Below are positions 1-7,929 of a stretch of 64,000 bases of DNA, in pieces; position 1 is the stretch's first letter, and the number at the start of each line of letters is the position of its first letter. The DNA comes from an uncultured Actinomycetes bacterium. GTDB lineage: Bacteria; Actinomycetota; Thermoleophilia; UBA2241. Both the position numbers and the translations under genes were made by a program. The notes under the pieces were generated by a model. The model was not told the origin of the DNA and made no database searches. It saw only the letters and a program-made list of their open reading frames with translations. Where the stretch lies: the NCBI GenBank assembly GCA_963764225.1, contig CAVXRL010000004.1, forward strand, positions 273,909-337,908, in the 5' to 3' direction.

Positions 1-1
1 G

Positions 2-148
2 CACCTGGGCCTGGGCGACGGCGTCATCGACGCGGCGGCGGTCGTGGCGGCCGCGCGCGCCGCCGGGGCCAGCATGGTGCTCGAGCACGACAACCCGGAC
101 TCCATCAGGACGAGCCTCGCCCACCTCCGGGCGCTCGGCCTCCTGTGA
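2..148 (+). CDS. 3' end of sugar phosphate isomerase/epimerase (xylose isomerase-like TIM barrel), truncated by window start
   Basis: Frame 2 reads HLGLGDGVIDAAAVV...MVLEH...LGLL*. HLxxGxGxID...LE is the typical C-terminal motif of this family. Confidence 0.6.
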   Translation, partial: HLGLGDGVIDAAAVVAAARAAGASMVLEHDNPDSIRTSLAHLRALGLL

Positions 149-271
149 GGACCCGGATGGCCGGAGTCCGGCGCTTCGCCTGAGCACCGGCGCTCCACGC
201 GGGCGGTCCGAGCGTCGCGTGGAGCCGACAGACGATGGGCGAGGACCCCTCGAGCGAGGACCCCTCTGCGG

Positions 272-400
272 TGAGACCTCATCTCGAGGGGTCGATGTGA
301 CCACAAATCGCTTCTCACGCCGGCCGGTGTGGTCACAGACCACAACAACGCCAGACGAAGCGCTCTTGTGACCACAATCGAGCACCGAACTGTGACCACC
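272..400. repeat. 129-bp symmetric multi-box element, copy 1
   Basis: Boxes TGAGACCTCA 272-281, TGTGACCACA 296-305, TGTGGTC-ACA-GACCACA 328-344, TGTGACCACA 367-376, TGTGACCACC 391-400. Spacers are 14, 22, 22, 14. Confidence 0.85.
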
Positions 401-566
401 GGCAGAGCGACCCAGCGGCGAGAGTCGACGTCGGCGCTCGCCGGCGTGTTCAAGCTCGCTGCCACTTCCTCCGCTGCCACCGACGTCCGCGCTCGTCCGC
501 GCTCGCCTGCGTCGGCGCGGCCGTCGGCGGCCGCCGCGCCCGCCGCCGCTCACGCCTCGCGCGCCT

Positions 567-1130
567 CTACCTCGCGAGCGCCGCGCCCGCCTCGTAGGCG
601 CGGGCGCGCAGGGCCTCGTCGCGCTCCGCGCTCTCCGGATCGTTGGCGTTGACGCAGACGATGTTGTCGGCCCAGTCGAACCCGAACGATGGGTACATCG
701 CCGCCGTGTACTCGAAGTACGAGTCGTAGGCGTGGGGGTCGTCCAGGCTCTGCGAGTACACCGTGACCAGCTTCTTGGCGCCGAACCGCGGCCGCCCCTC
801 CTGGTCCATCAGCGGGAACAGCCGGTCGTAGAGATTCTTGACGGGGCCGGACATCTGCATCATGTAGACCGGCGAGCCGATCACGACCGCATCCGCCGTC
901 TTGACCTTGCGCACCGCCTCGCGCACCTCGTCGTTGATCACGCAGTCGTCCTGCATGCGGCAGGCGAAGCAACCCTGACACGCCATGAACTTCATCTTGA
1001 ACAGGGTGTAGTACTTGACCTCCGCCCCCCGCTCGCGTGCACCCCGGGCGATCAGGTCCAGCACCGTCACCGTGTTGCCGTCCTTGCGCGGACTGCCGTT
1101 GAACACCACGATCTGTCTCATCGCGCGCAC
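567..1130 (-). CDS. Flavodoxin-like iron-sulfur flavoprotein / NADPH-dependent FMN reductase family
   Basis: GSPRKDGNT FMN-binding loop, CQGCFAC-x5-C motif, IGSPVY. Start may be the ATG at 1121. Confidence 0.85.
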   Translation of the reverse strand: MRAMRQIVVFNGSPRKDGNTVTVLDLIARGARERGAEVKYYTLFKMKFMACQGCFACRMQDDCVINDEVREAVRKVKTADAVVIGSPVYMMQMSGPVKNLYDRLFPLMDQEGRPRFGAKKLVTVYSQSLDDPHAYDSYFEYTAAMYPSFGFDWADNIVCVNANDPESAERDEALRARAYEAGAALAR

Positions 1131-1185
1131 GCGCCCCTTCCGCCGGCCGCCGAGGGCGCCCGAGCGACTCGCTCCCTCAAACGGC

Positions 1186-2014
1186 TTACAGTTCGATGAA
1201 CCCCAGGTTCCGCGACTCGTCGGCGATGGTGACGCCGGCGCTGTGCAGCTTGCCGCCGGCGTCCACGTCGACCCTGTACTCGCCGTTCTCGAGGCCGTCG
1301 AACTTGAACTCGCCGAAGAAGTTCGTGGTCTGCGTCTCGACCACGCCGGCGCCCGAGCTCAAGGTCACGCTCGCGCCCTCGTGGCAGTCGCCGTCCACCA
1401 GCACCCCCGCGGTGATGAAGTTCCTGGTGAACCGGTGCAGGTTCTTGTACAGCGTGTGCGGCCTGGTGCCGTGCTCCGGCAGGTACTCCTGCAGGCCCTC
1501 CTCCGCGATCATCCGCTGCATCTCCTCGGGCTCGACCAGGTAGGTCGCCATCGCCTCGGTCGGGCACGAGTGCGTGCAGCGCGTCGTGCAGGGCGTCCAC
1601 GAAGGGTCGTCCAGCAGGTGGGCGCAGAAGATGCACTTCTGCGGGACGTCCTTCTCGTCGTTGTACCAGATGGCGCCGTAGGGGCAGGAGCCGAGCACGT
1701 CCTTCTGCCCCTTGGCCTTCTCCAGGTCGATCAGGACGATGCCGTCGTCACGCGCGATAGAAGGCGCCGCCGGAGGCCTCGATGCACGGCGCCTCCTCGC
1801 ACTGCTGGCACGGCACCGGCAGGTACGCCACGTCGTTGCGCGCGTACTGGCCGCGCTCGCGCCGGAGAATATCCACCCAGCGGTGGCCGTGGCGGGGCTG
1901 CGCGTAGGTGTAGCCCGGCCAGTCGTTGCCGACGAACTCGTCCTTGTCGGCCATGAAGCAGTTGTTGCAGTCGTGGCACTTGGCCACGTCGATGACTTTG
2001 TACCATTGCTTCAC
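1186..2014 (-). CDS. bthL: Pyrogallol hydroxytransferase small (Fe-S, beta) subunit, with a +1 frameshift near 1752
   Basis: N-part IDVAKCHDCNNCFM...PCQQCEEAPC joins, after removing one base in cgcgcg, to RDDGIVLIDLEKAKGQKDVLGSCPYG...QKCIFCAHLLDD...TNFFGEFKFDGLENGEY...LGFIEL. Closely matches the recalled Pelobacter acidigallici beta subunit. Confidence 0.85.
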
Positions 2015-2066
2015 TTCACTGACTCCTTGTCGGTCATGCTCGGACGGCAGCCTCGACGGCCCTGCC

Positions 2067-4667
2067 TCAAGCAGTCTCGTAGATGCCGCCGTCCCACTTC
2101 TCGACCTCGACCTGAGCCGTGTTGGGAGCCATGGCGCAGGCGTACTTGGACATGTACCGGTCGGGCGACAGGATGTTCATGCACCCGCCGCGGTCGGCCG
2201 ACTTGCCGGGTGTGCCCAGCGGGTCGTAGACGGCGCAGGACTCGTAGGTGTGCACGGTGCCGGGCTGGACGCGCTCGCCGACCTGGGCGCAGACGATGAC
2301 GGAGCCGCGGTCGTTGTAGGCGCGGACGAGGTCGCCCGCCTTGATGCCGCGGGCCTCGGCGTCCACCTTGTTCAGGCGGATGATCCAGTAGTACCAGCCG
2401 TCCACGAGCACGCGGTGGTCCTTGATGTCGTTCATGAAGCTGTCCTTGCCGTCACCCATGGTGTGGAACGAGAAGCGCGGGTGCGGGGAGAGCATGCCGA
2501 GCGGGTACTTCTTGGCGAGCTCGCAGGCCGGGCCCTCCCACGCGGGCACATAGGTGTGCATCGCCGGGCGGTGCTCGTCGACGTAGCCCTGGTCCTCGAA
2601 GTTCTTGATGCTCGAGGCGATGAACTCGACCTTGCCGGTGCGCGTCTGCAGGCCCTTGCGGCCCACCTGGTTGTTGAGACGCGGGCCCCAGTCGGGGGTG
2701 TCCTTCTCGCGGTCCTCGGCGAACCAGCGGAGCGCAGGCGTCTTCTTGCGCTCCGGGTTGTCCGGCACCACGAAGTAGCCCTTCTCCTTGAACTCGGCGA
2801 AGGTCATGTGCCTGGGCATGTCGGTGGCGTTGTAGTACTGCTCCACCCACTGGAGCTCGTCCTTGCCCTCCGTGAACATCGGGCCGATGCCGAGCTTCTC
2901 GGCGAGCATCGCGTAGATCTGGTAGTCCGACTTGGACTCGCCGAGGGGCTCGATGCACTTGGCCTGGAGGGAGATCACGCGGTGGTTGCACTGGCCGTAG
3001 GTGTCCGGGATGTAGCCGGAGCAGTTGGCGAACTCGCTGATGTCCCAGCGCTCGAAGTTGGTGCAGGCCGGCAGGATGATGTCCGCGAACGGCACCTCGC
3101 CCTCGAACCAGATGGACTGGCTCACGACGAACTCGAGGCCGGGATGCGTGTACATCTGCGCGTAGCGGTTGGTGGCCGTCATCGTGCCGATCCACGGGCC
3201 GCCGTACTTCCAGAGCATCTTGATCCTCGGGTAGCCCGGAGCCGGGTACTCGTACTGGTGCATCTGGTGCTGGATGTCGCCGCCGGCGAAGCCCTTGCCG
3301 GACCACTTGAACTGGCCGTCCATGATGCACTCCGGCACCTTCAGCCGCGGGATGTGCTGGCCGGCCGCGGTGTTGATGTTCGACGGGCTCGGGAACGTGG
3401 TCTTGCCGTCGAACATGCGCCAGGCGAACTTGAAGCCGGCGGCCGAGTTCTCGGCGTCGCCGGAGATGCCGCCCTCGGCGTACCCCGGGAAGTAGAAGTC
3501 GTAGTCGACCGGGGTGCCCTGCGTGGTCGAGTAGATGTTGCTGCCCGGCTTGCCCATGCCCTGCATGGTGGCGAGGGCGATCATGCCGCGGCTCCACTCG
3601 ATGCCGTGCGAGGCGCGGCAGGCGCCGCCCCAGCCGCCGAGGCCGCCGGCGGCGAGCATCGTCTTGCGCTTGGCCCACTCGCGCGCGAGCGCGCGGATCT
3701 CGCAGGCGGGCACGCCGCTCTCGGCCTCGGCCCACTCGCAGGTCTTGGGCACGCCGTCGGTCTTGCCGAGCACGTACTCGGCCCACTCGTCGAAGCCGTG
3801 GGCGTGCGTGGCCACGTACTCCTTGTCGTAGGTGTCCTCCGTGAGCCAGGTGTAGGCGATGGCGAAGGACAGCGCGTGGTCGGTGCCGATCTTGGGCGAG
3901 AACCACTTGTCGCCGATGAGGCCGGCGGTGTGGTTGTAGAACGGGTCGATGAAGACCATCTTGATGCCGAGGTCCTTCATCCACTGGCGGCGCACCGTGG
4001 ATTCGTGCGCCGCGTAGATGCCCGTGTTGGTCTCCGGGTCGGAGGACCAGAAGACGATCATCTCGGTGTTCTGCAGCGTGTCCTCGAGCAGGTCGTACTG
4101 CTCGGGGTTGCCCAGGCGCCAGCTGAAGCCCCACATGTGCATGCCGCCCCAGTGCCAGCCTTCCCAGCTGTCGGGGTTATGGTCGGCGTAGGTGAAGCCC
4201 ATCATGTTCATGAAGCGGAAGTAGGTGCTGTGGCGATAGCCCACATTGCCCCACATGTGGTGGGAGCTCGGGCTGGAGAGGATCGCCGCGGGGCCGGCCT
4301 CGCGCTTCACGCGGTTGATCTCGCTCACCACGATGTCGGTGGCCTCGTCCCAGGAGATGGGCTCGTACCCGCTGACACCGCGGTTCTGGATGTTGCGCTC
4401 GCCGCCCGGGTCGAAGTCGACGCGCTTGAGTGGCGTCATGATGCGCTTGTCGGAGTAGATCATGGACTTGAAGCCGGCGGTGTAGACCGAGTAGGTGGTC
4501 TTGCGCGGGGGCTGGAAGGCCCGCCCGCGCGCCTCGATCTTCCAGGACGACGCGTCGACCGCGTCGTCGAAGTCCATCGGCGTGATGCGGACGATCTTGC
4601 CGTCCTCGACGTAGACGAAGACCGGCCCGCCGGTCGACGAGTTCGTCAGTCGGACTACCTCTCCCAT
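2067..4667 (-). CDS. athL: Pyrogallol hydroxytransferase (transhydroxylase) large molybdopterin subunit, DMSO reductase family
   Basis: Starts MGEVVRLTNSSTGGPVFVYV after an AGGAGAGG RBS. Contains SSHHMWGNVGYRHSTYFRF, HNPDSWEGWHWGG, FPGYAEGG and FANCSGYIP, as in the recalled P. acidigallici AthL. Confidence 0.92.
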   Translation of the reverse strand: MGEVVRLTNSSTGGPVFVYVEDGKIVRITPMDFDDAVDASSWKIEARGRAFQPPRKTTYSVYTAGFKSMIYSDKRIMTPLKRVDFDPGGERNIQNRGVSGYEPISWDEATDIVVSEINRVKREAGPAAILSSPSSHHMWGNVGYRHSTYFRFMNMMGFTYADHNPDSWEGWHWGGMHMWGFSWRLGNPEQYDLLEDTLQNTEMIVFWSSDPETNTGIYAAHESTVRRQWMKDLGIKMVFIDPFYNHTAGLIGDKWFSPKIGTDHALSFAIAYTWLTEDTYDKEYVATHAHGFDEWAEYVLGKTDGVPKTCEWAEAESGVPACEIRALAREWAKRKTMLAAGGLGGWGGACRASHGIEWSRGMIALATMQGMGKPGSNIYSTTQGTPVDYDFYFPGYAEGGISGDAENSAAGFKFAWRMFDGKTTFPSPSNINTAAGQHIPRLKVPECIMDGQFKWSGKGFAGGDIQHQMHQYEYPAPGYPRIKMLWKYGGPWIGTMTATNRYAQMYTHPGLEFVVSQSIWFEGEVPFADIILPACTNFERWDISEFANCSGYIPDTYGQCNHRVISLQAKCIEPLGESKSDYQIYAMLAEKLGIGPMFTEGKDELQWVEQYYNATDMPRHMTFAEFKEKGYFVVPDNPERKKTPALRWFAEDREKDTPDWGPRLNNQVGRKGLQTRTGKVEFIASSIKNFEDQGYVDEHRPAMHTYVPAWEGPACELAKKYPLGMLSPHPRFSFHTMGDGKDSFMNDIKDHRVLVDGWYYWIIRLNKVDAEARGIKAGDLVRAYNDRGSVIVCAQVGERVQPGTVHTYESCAVYDPLGTPGKSADRGGCMNILSPDRYMSKYACAMAPNTAQVEVEKWDGGIYETA

Positions 4668-4772
4668 GTGGTCCTCTCCTTCAGCTGGTACGCGCTGGCC
4701 GGCGGTCTGTCTTGTGCTTGAGCCTGAGGGATGCGCAGAATGGCGCGGAGGCGCGGCTCTTCCCGTAGCTCG

Positions 4773-4831
4773 CATTGCGGACGTCTAGGTCACATTGCGG
4801 ACATCCTAAGCCTGCCCTCGGCCTCCGTCAA
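4773..4831 (-). promoter_or_regulatory. Sigma70-type promoter of athL with tandem operator-like repeats
   Basis: Minus strand TTGACG (4831-4826), 17 nt, TAGGAT (4808-4803). GTCCGCAATG is repeated at 4802-4793 and 4782-4773, just downstream of the -10. Confidence 0.65.
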
Positions 4832-4907
4832 GACTCCTGGGACACGGTCGACTTGAAGGAGATCGCCCGGCGGACCGAGGCAGAGAGCCTCGACGGGCGC
4901 TCTGACC

Positions 4908-5036
4908 GGTGACCATATCTCACACCACCGATGGGGTCACAATTCCGGCCGCACTCGATCAGTTGTGGTCACCGGCCACATTCGCCCCCTCCGCCGGCGA
5001 GATGTGACCACAACACAGGCGCTATCTGAGACCTCA
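4908..5036. repeat. 129-bp symmetric multi-box element, copy 2 (inverted relative to copy 1)
   Basis: Boxes GGTGACCATA 4908-4917, TGGGGTCACA 4932-4941, TGTGGTC-ACC-GGCCACA 4964-4980, TGTGACCACA 5003-5012, TGAGACCTCA 5027-5036. Spacers are 14, 22, 22, 14. Confidence 0.85.
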
Positions 5037-5066
5037 GCGAGAGCGGCCCTGCAGGCACTCCCGCCG

Positions 5067-5178
5067 CCGGCGGCGCTCCGCGGGGGGCGGCCGGGCAGCG
5101 CTCCCCGGTGGGTCCGCCGGGCGGCGCTCCCGGGTCCGCCGGGCGGCGTTCCGCGGTGTGCCCGCCCGGCGGCGCTCC
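5067..5178. repeat. Degenerate GC-rich short repeats (about 5 copies of GGCGGCGCTCC-like)
   Basis: ggcggcgctcc / ggcagcgctcc / ggcggcgttcc variants recur at irregular spacing. Confidence 0.45.
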
Positions 5179-5188
5179 GGAGCGGGCG

Positions 5189-5662
5189 TCAGTCCTCGAG
5201 GATCTCGATGAGCTCTTCTTTGAGGTCGCGCAGGCGCAGCGAGACCAGGCCGGCCAGCTTCTTCATCACCTGGTAGCCGGCCTCGGGCTCGCGCAGCAGG
5301 ATGGCCTCGACCTCGTCGGCTGAGATCGCGGCCACGGCGCTGTCCTCCAGCGCCCAGGCGGTGGCCACGTAGACGTGCGGCGCCACGACGGACGACCATC
5401 CGGAGATCCCGTACTGGCCCACCTCCACCACCTCGACGACGCGGCCGGACGGCGCGGCCAGCCTGATCGCCAGCCTCCCGCTGGCGACCACGAACAGGCT
5501 GTGGGCCGCGGTGTCCGCGTCGAACAGGGTCTCACCTTCCTTCACCGTGACCATGCGGCCGTGCTCGGCCAGGGCCTCGATCTGTGCCTCGCTCAGCGGC
5601 TCGAGCAGCTCGCAGTGCGCGAAGGTGCTCTCGACGGAAAGGTCGGCGGTCGGCGGTCTCAT
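5189..5662 (-). CDS. Stand-alone cyclic nucleotide-binding (Crp/Fnr cNMP) domain protein without an HTH
   Basis: LLEPLSEAQI...GETLF...LFVVASG...ISGWSSVV...ATAWALED. At 157 aa it ends after the C-helix. Confidence 0.75.
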   Translation of the reverse strand: MRPPTADLSVESTFAHCELLEPLSEAQIEALAEHGRMVTVKEGETLFDADTAAHSLFVVASGRLAIRLAAPSGRVVEVVEVGQYGISGWSSVVAPHVYVATAWALEDSAVAAISADEVEAILLREPEAGYQVMKKLAGLVSLRLRDLKEELIEILED

Positions 5663-5842
5663 GTCCTCCCCCTCTGGTAGACATCGACGGCTCGTGTGGG
5701 TTGTACCCGAAGAGGCGGCGGTCGCCTCGGACGCCCGCCGTTCAGCCGGCCGTTCACGCCGTTCGGCAAGGGGCCTCTGATAGACTTCCGAGGGTGCCGC
5801 TCCGGCGCCCCCCGCTCACGTCAACGACCGAAAGCGCACGCC

Positions 5843-6676
5843 ATGAGCCAGTCCTTCACGTACACGGGCACCAGCGACTACATCGCCGCGCCCGACCTCA
5901 TGCAGACCGTCAACGTCGCCGTCCAGCTCAGCCGCCCGCTGCTCATCAAGGGCGAGCCGGGCACCGGCAAGACGATGCTCGCCCAGAGCATCGCCAAGGG
6001 CCTCGACCTGCCGCTCCTCATCTGGAACGTGAAGTCGACGACCAAGGCGCAGGACGGCCTCTACGTCTACGACACCGTCCAGCGCCTCTACGACGGCCAG
6101 TTCGGCGACAGCGACGTGAGCGACATCGCCCGGTACATCAAGCTCGGCATGCTGGGGCGCGCCTTCTCCGCGGAGGAGCGTGTCGTGCTCCTCATCGACG
6201 AGATCGACAAGGCCGACCTCGAGTTCCCCAACGACCTCCTGTGGGAGCTCGACCAGATGGAGTTCCACATCCCCGAGACCCGCGAGACGATCAAGGCCGC
6301 GCAGCGGCCCATCGTGCTCATCACGTCCAACGCCGAGAAGGAGCTGCCCGACGCGTTCCTGCGGCGTTGCGTGTTCCACTACATCGAGTTCCCCGACGAC
6401 GCGATGATGGAGCGCATCGTGCGCGTCCACGTGCCGGGCCTCGACAAGCGGCTCCTCGACCTCGCCATGCAGGCCTTCTACTGGCTGCGCGACCTGCCCG
6501 GCCTGCAGAAGAAGCCCAGCACCAGCGAGCTCATCGACTGGGTGCAGGCGCTGGAGCGCGGCGGGGTCGACCCCCGGGAGATCGCCGCGCGCCTGCCGTT
6601 CATGGGCGTGCTGCTCAAGAAGGACCACGACGTGGACGTCGCGCAGCGGGCGCTGGCCTCGAACCGGCGCCGCTGA
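5843..6676 (+). CDS. MoxR family AAA+ ATPase
   Basis: Walker A GEPGTGKT, LLIDEIDKAD, ITSNAEKELPDAFLRRC. The start ATG at 5843 is preferred. Confidence 0.9.
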   Translation: MSQSFTYTGTSDYIAAPDLMQTVNVAVQLSRPLLIKGEPGTGKTMLAQSIAKGLDLPLLIWNVKSTTKAQDGLYVYDTVQRLYDGQFGDSDVSDIARYIKLGMLGRAFSAEERVVLLIDEIDKADLEFPNDLLWELDQMEFHIPETRETIKAAQRPIVLITSNAEKELPDAFLRRCVFHYIEFPDDAMMERIVRVHVPGLDKRLLDLAMQAFYWLRDLPGLQKKPSTSELIDWVQALERGGVDPREIAARLPFMGVLLKKDHDVDVAQRALASNRRR

Positions 6677-6692
6677 CGCCGGTCCGGCGGCC

Positions 6693-7901
6693 GTGTTCAC
6701 CGACTTCTTCTTCCTGCTGCGCTCCTACGGAGTGCCGGTCACGGTCACGGAGTGGCTCGCGCTCATGCGCGGGCTGGCCCTGGGCCTCGTCCCCGCCGGC
6801 CTCGACGAGTTCTACGCGGTAGCGCGCAGCGTCCTGGTCAAGAGCGAGGCGTACTTCGACCAGTACGACCAGGCGTTCGCGCACATGTTCAGGGGCATCG
6901 AGACGCCCGTGGAGATCGAGGACGAGGTCTGGGACTGGCTCTCCGACCCGCTGACGATGCCGGGGCTCAGCGACGAGGAGCGGCGCACGCTGGCCGCCGC
7001 GCTCGAGGACCTCGACCTCGAGGCGCTCCAGAAGCTCTTTGAGGAGCGCCTCAAGGAGCAGACCGAGGCCCACCACGGCGGCAACAAGTGGGTGGGGACC
7101 GGCGGCACCAGTCCCTTCGGCCACTCCGGGTTCCACCCCGGCGGCATCCGCGTGGGCGGAGAGAGCCGCAACATGAGCGCCGTCAAGGTCGCAGGGGAGC
7201 GCCGCTACCGCGGCTACCGCACCGACCAGGAGGTCGGCGTGCGGCAGTTCGAGCTCGCCCTGCGGCGCCTGCGGCAGCTCTCGTCGCGCAACGAAGGCGT
7301 GCCCGACGAGCTCGACCTCGACGAGACCATCGAGGAGACGGCGAGCAACGCCGGCCGCCTCAGCCTCGTCTGGCGCAAGAGCCGCAAGAACGCCGTCAAG
7401 GTGCTGCTGCTCATGGACGTCGGCGGCTCCATGCACCCCTACATCCGCCTCTGCAGCCAGCTCTTCAGCGCCGTGAACCGCAGCAGCCACTTCAAGGACC
7501 TGCGCTTCTACTACTTCCACAACTGCGTCTACGACTGGCTCTACACGAGCACGCGCATGACGTCGTCGGAGGCGATCTCCACGCGGCGCGTGCTCCAGGA
7601 GCTCCCCAGCGACTACAAGCTCATCATCGTCGGCGACGCGGCCATGGCGCCCAGCGAGCTCATGGCCCGTGACGGCATCATCTGGTGGGGCCACGGCAAC
7701 GACGAGCCCGGCATCGAGTGGCTGCGCCGCCTGCGCCGCCACTTCGACCACTCCGTGTGGCTCAACACCATCCCGGAGGCCGACTGGGACCGCGCCTACG
7801 GCAGCGTGACGATCCGCAAGGTCCGAGAGGTCTTCCCCATGTTCGAGCTCACCGTCGACGGTCTCACGGCCGCGACCCGCAAGCTCATGGTGAGGTACTG
7901 A
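6693..7901 (+). CDS. vWA domain (CoxE-like) partner of MoxR
   Basis: MIDAS motif DVGGSM, GGNKWVGTGGTSPFG, YYFHNCVY, VGDAAMAP. Confidence 0.85.
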   Translation: MFTDFFFLLRSYGVPVTVTEWLALMRGLALGLVPAGLDEFYAVARSVLVKSEAYFDQYDQAFAHMFRGIETPVEIEDEVWDWLSDPLTMPGLSDEERRTLAAALEDLDLEALQKLFEERLKEQTEAHHGGNKWVGTGGTSPFGHSGFHPGGIRVGGESRNMSAVKVAGERRYRGYRTDQEVGVRQFELALRRLRQLSSRNEGVPDELDLDETIEETASNAGRLSLVWRKSRKNAVKVLLLMDVGGSMHPYIRLCSQLFSAVNRSSHFKDLRFYYFHNCVYDWLYTSTRMTSSEAISTRRVLQELPSDYKLIIVGDAAMAPSELMARDGIIWWGHGNDEPGIEWLRRLRRHFDHSVWLNTIPEADWDRAYGSVTIRKVREVFPMFELTVDGLTAATRKLMVRY

Positions 7902-7929
7902 CGCGCCCGCGGCCGCTCGTCCGGGCGCG

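Noticed and set aside
272-400. CRP/FNR sites or a mini-CRISPR
   Set aside because: The half-sites are not in TGTGA-N6-TCACA spacing, the neighbouring cNMP protein lacks an HTH, and the boxes are only 10 bp with symmetric unequal spacers.
1740-1760. Programmed frameshift or true pseudogene in bthL
   Set aside because: There is no slippery heptamer, both halves are well conserved, and similar +1 insertions recur across the window. A sequencing error is more likely (unverified).
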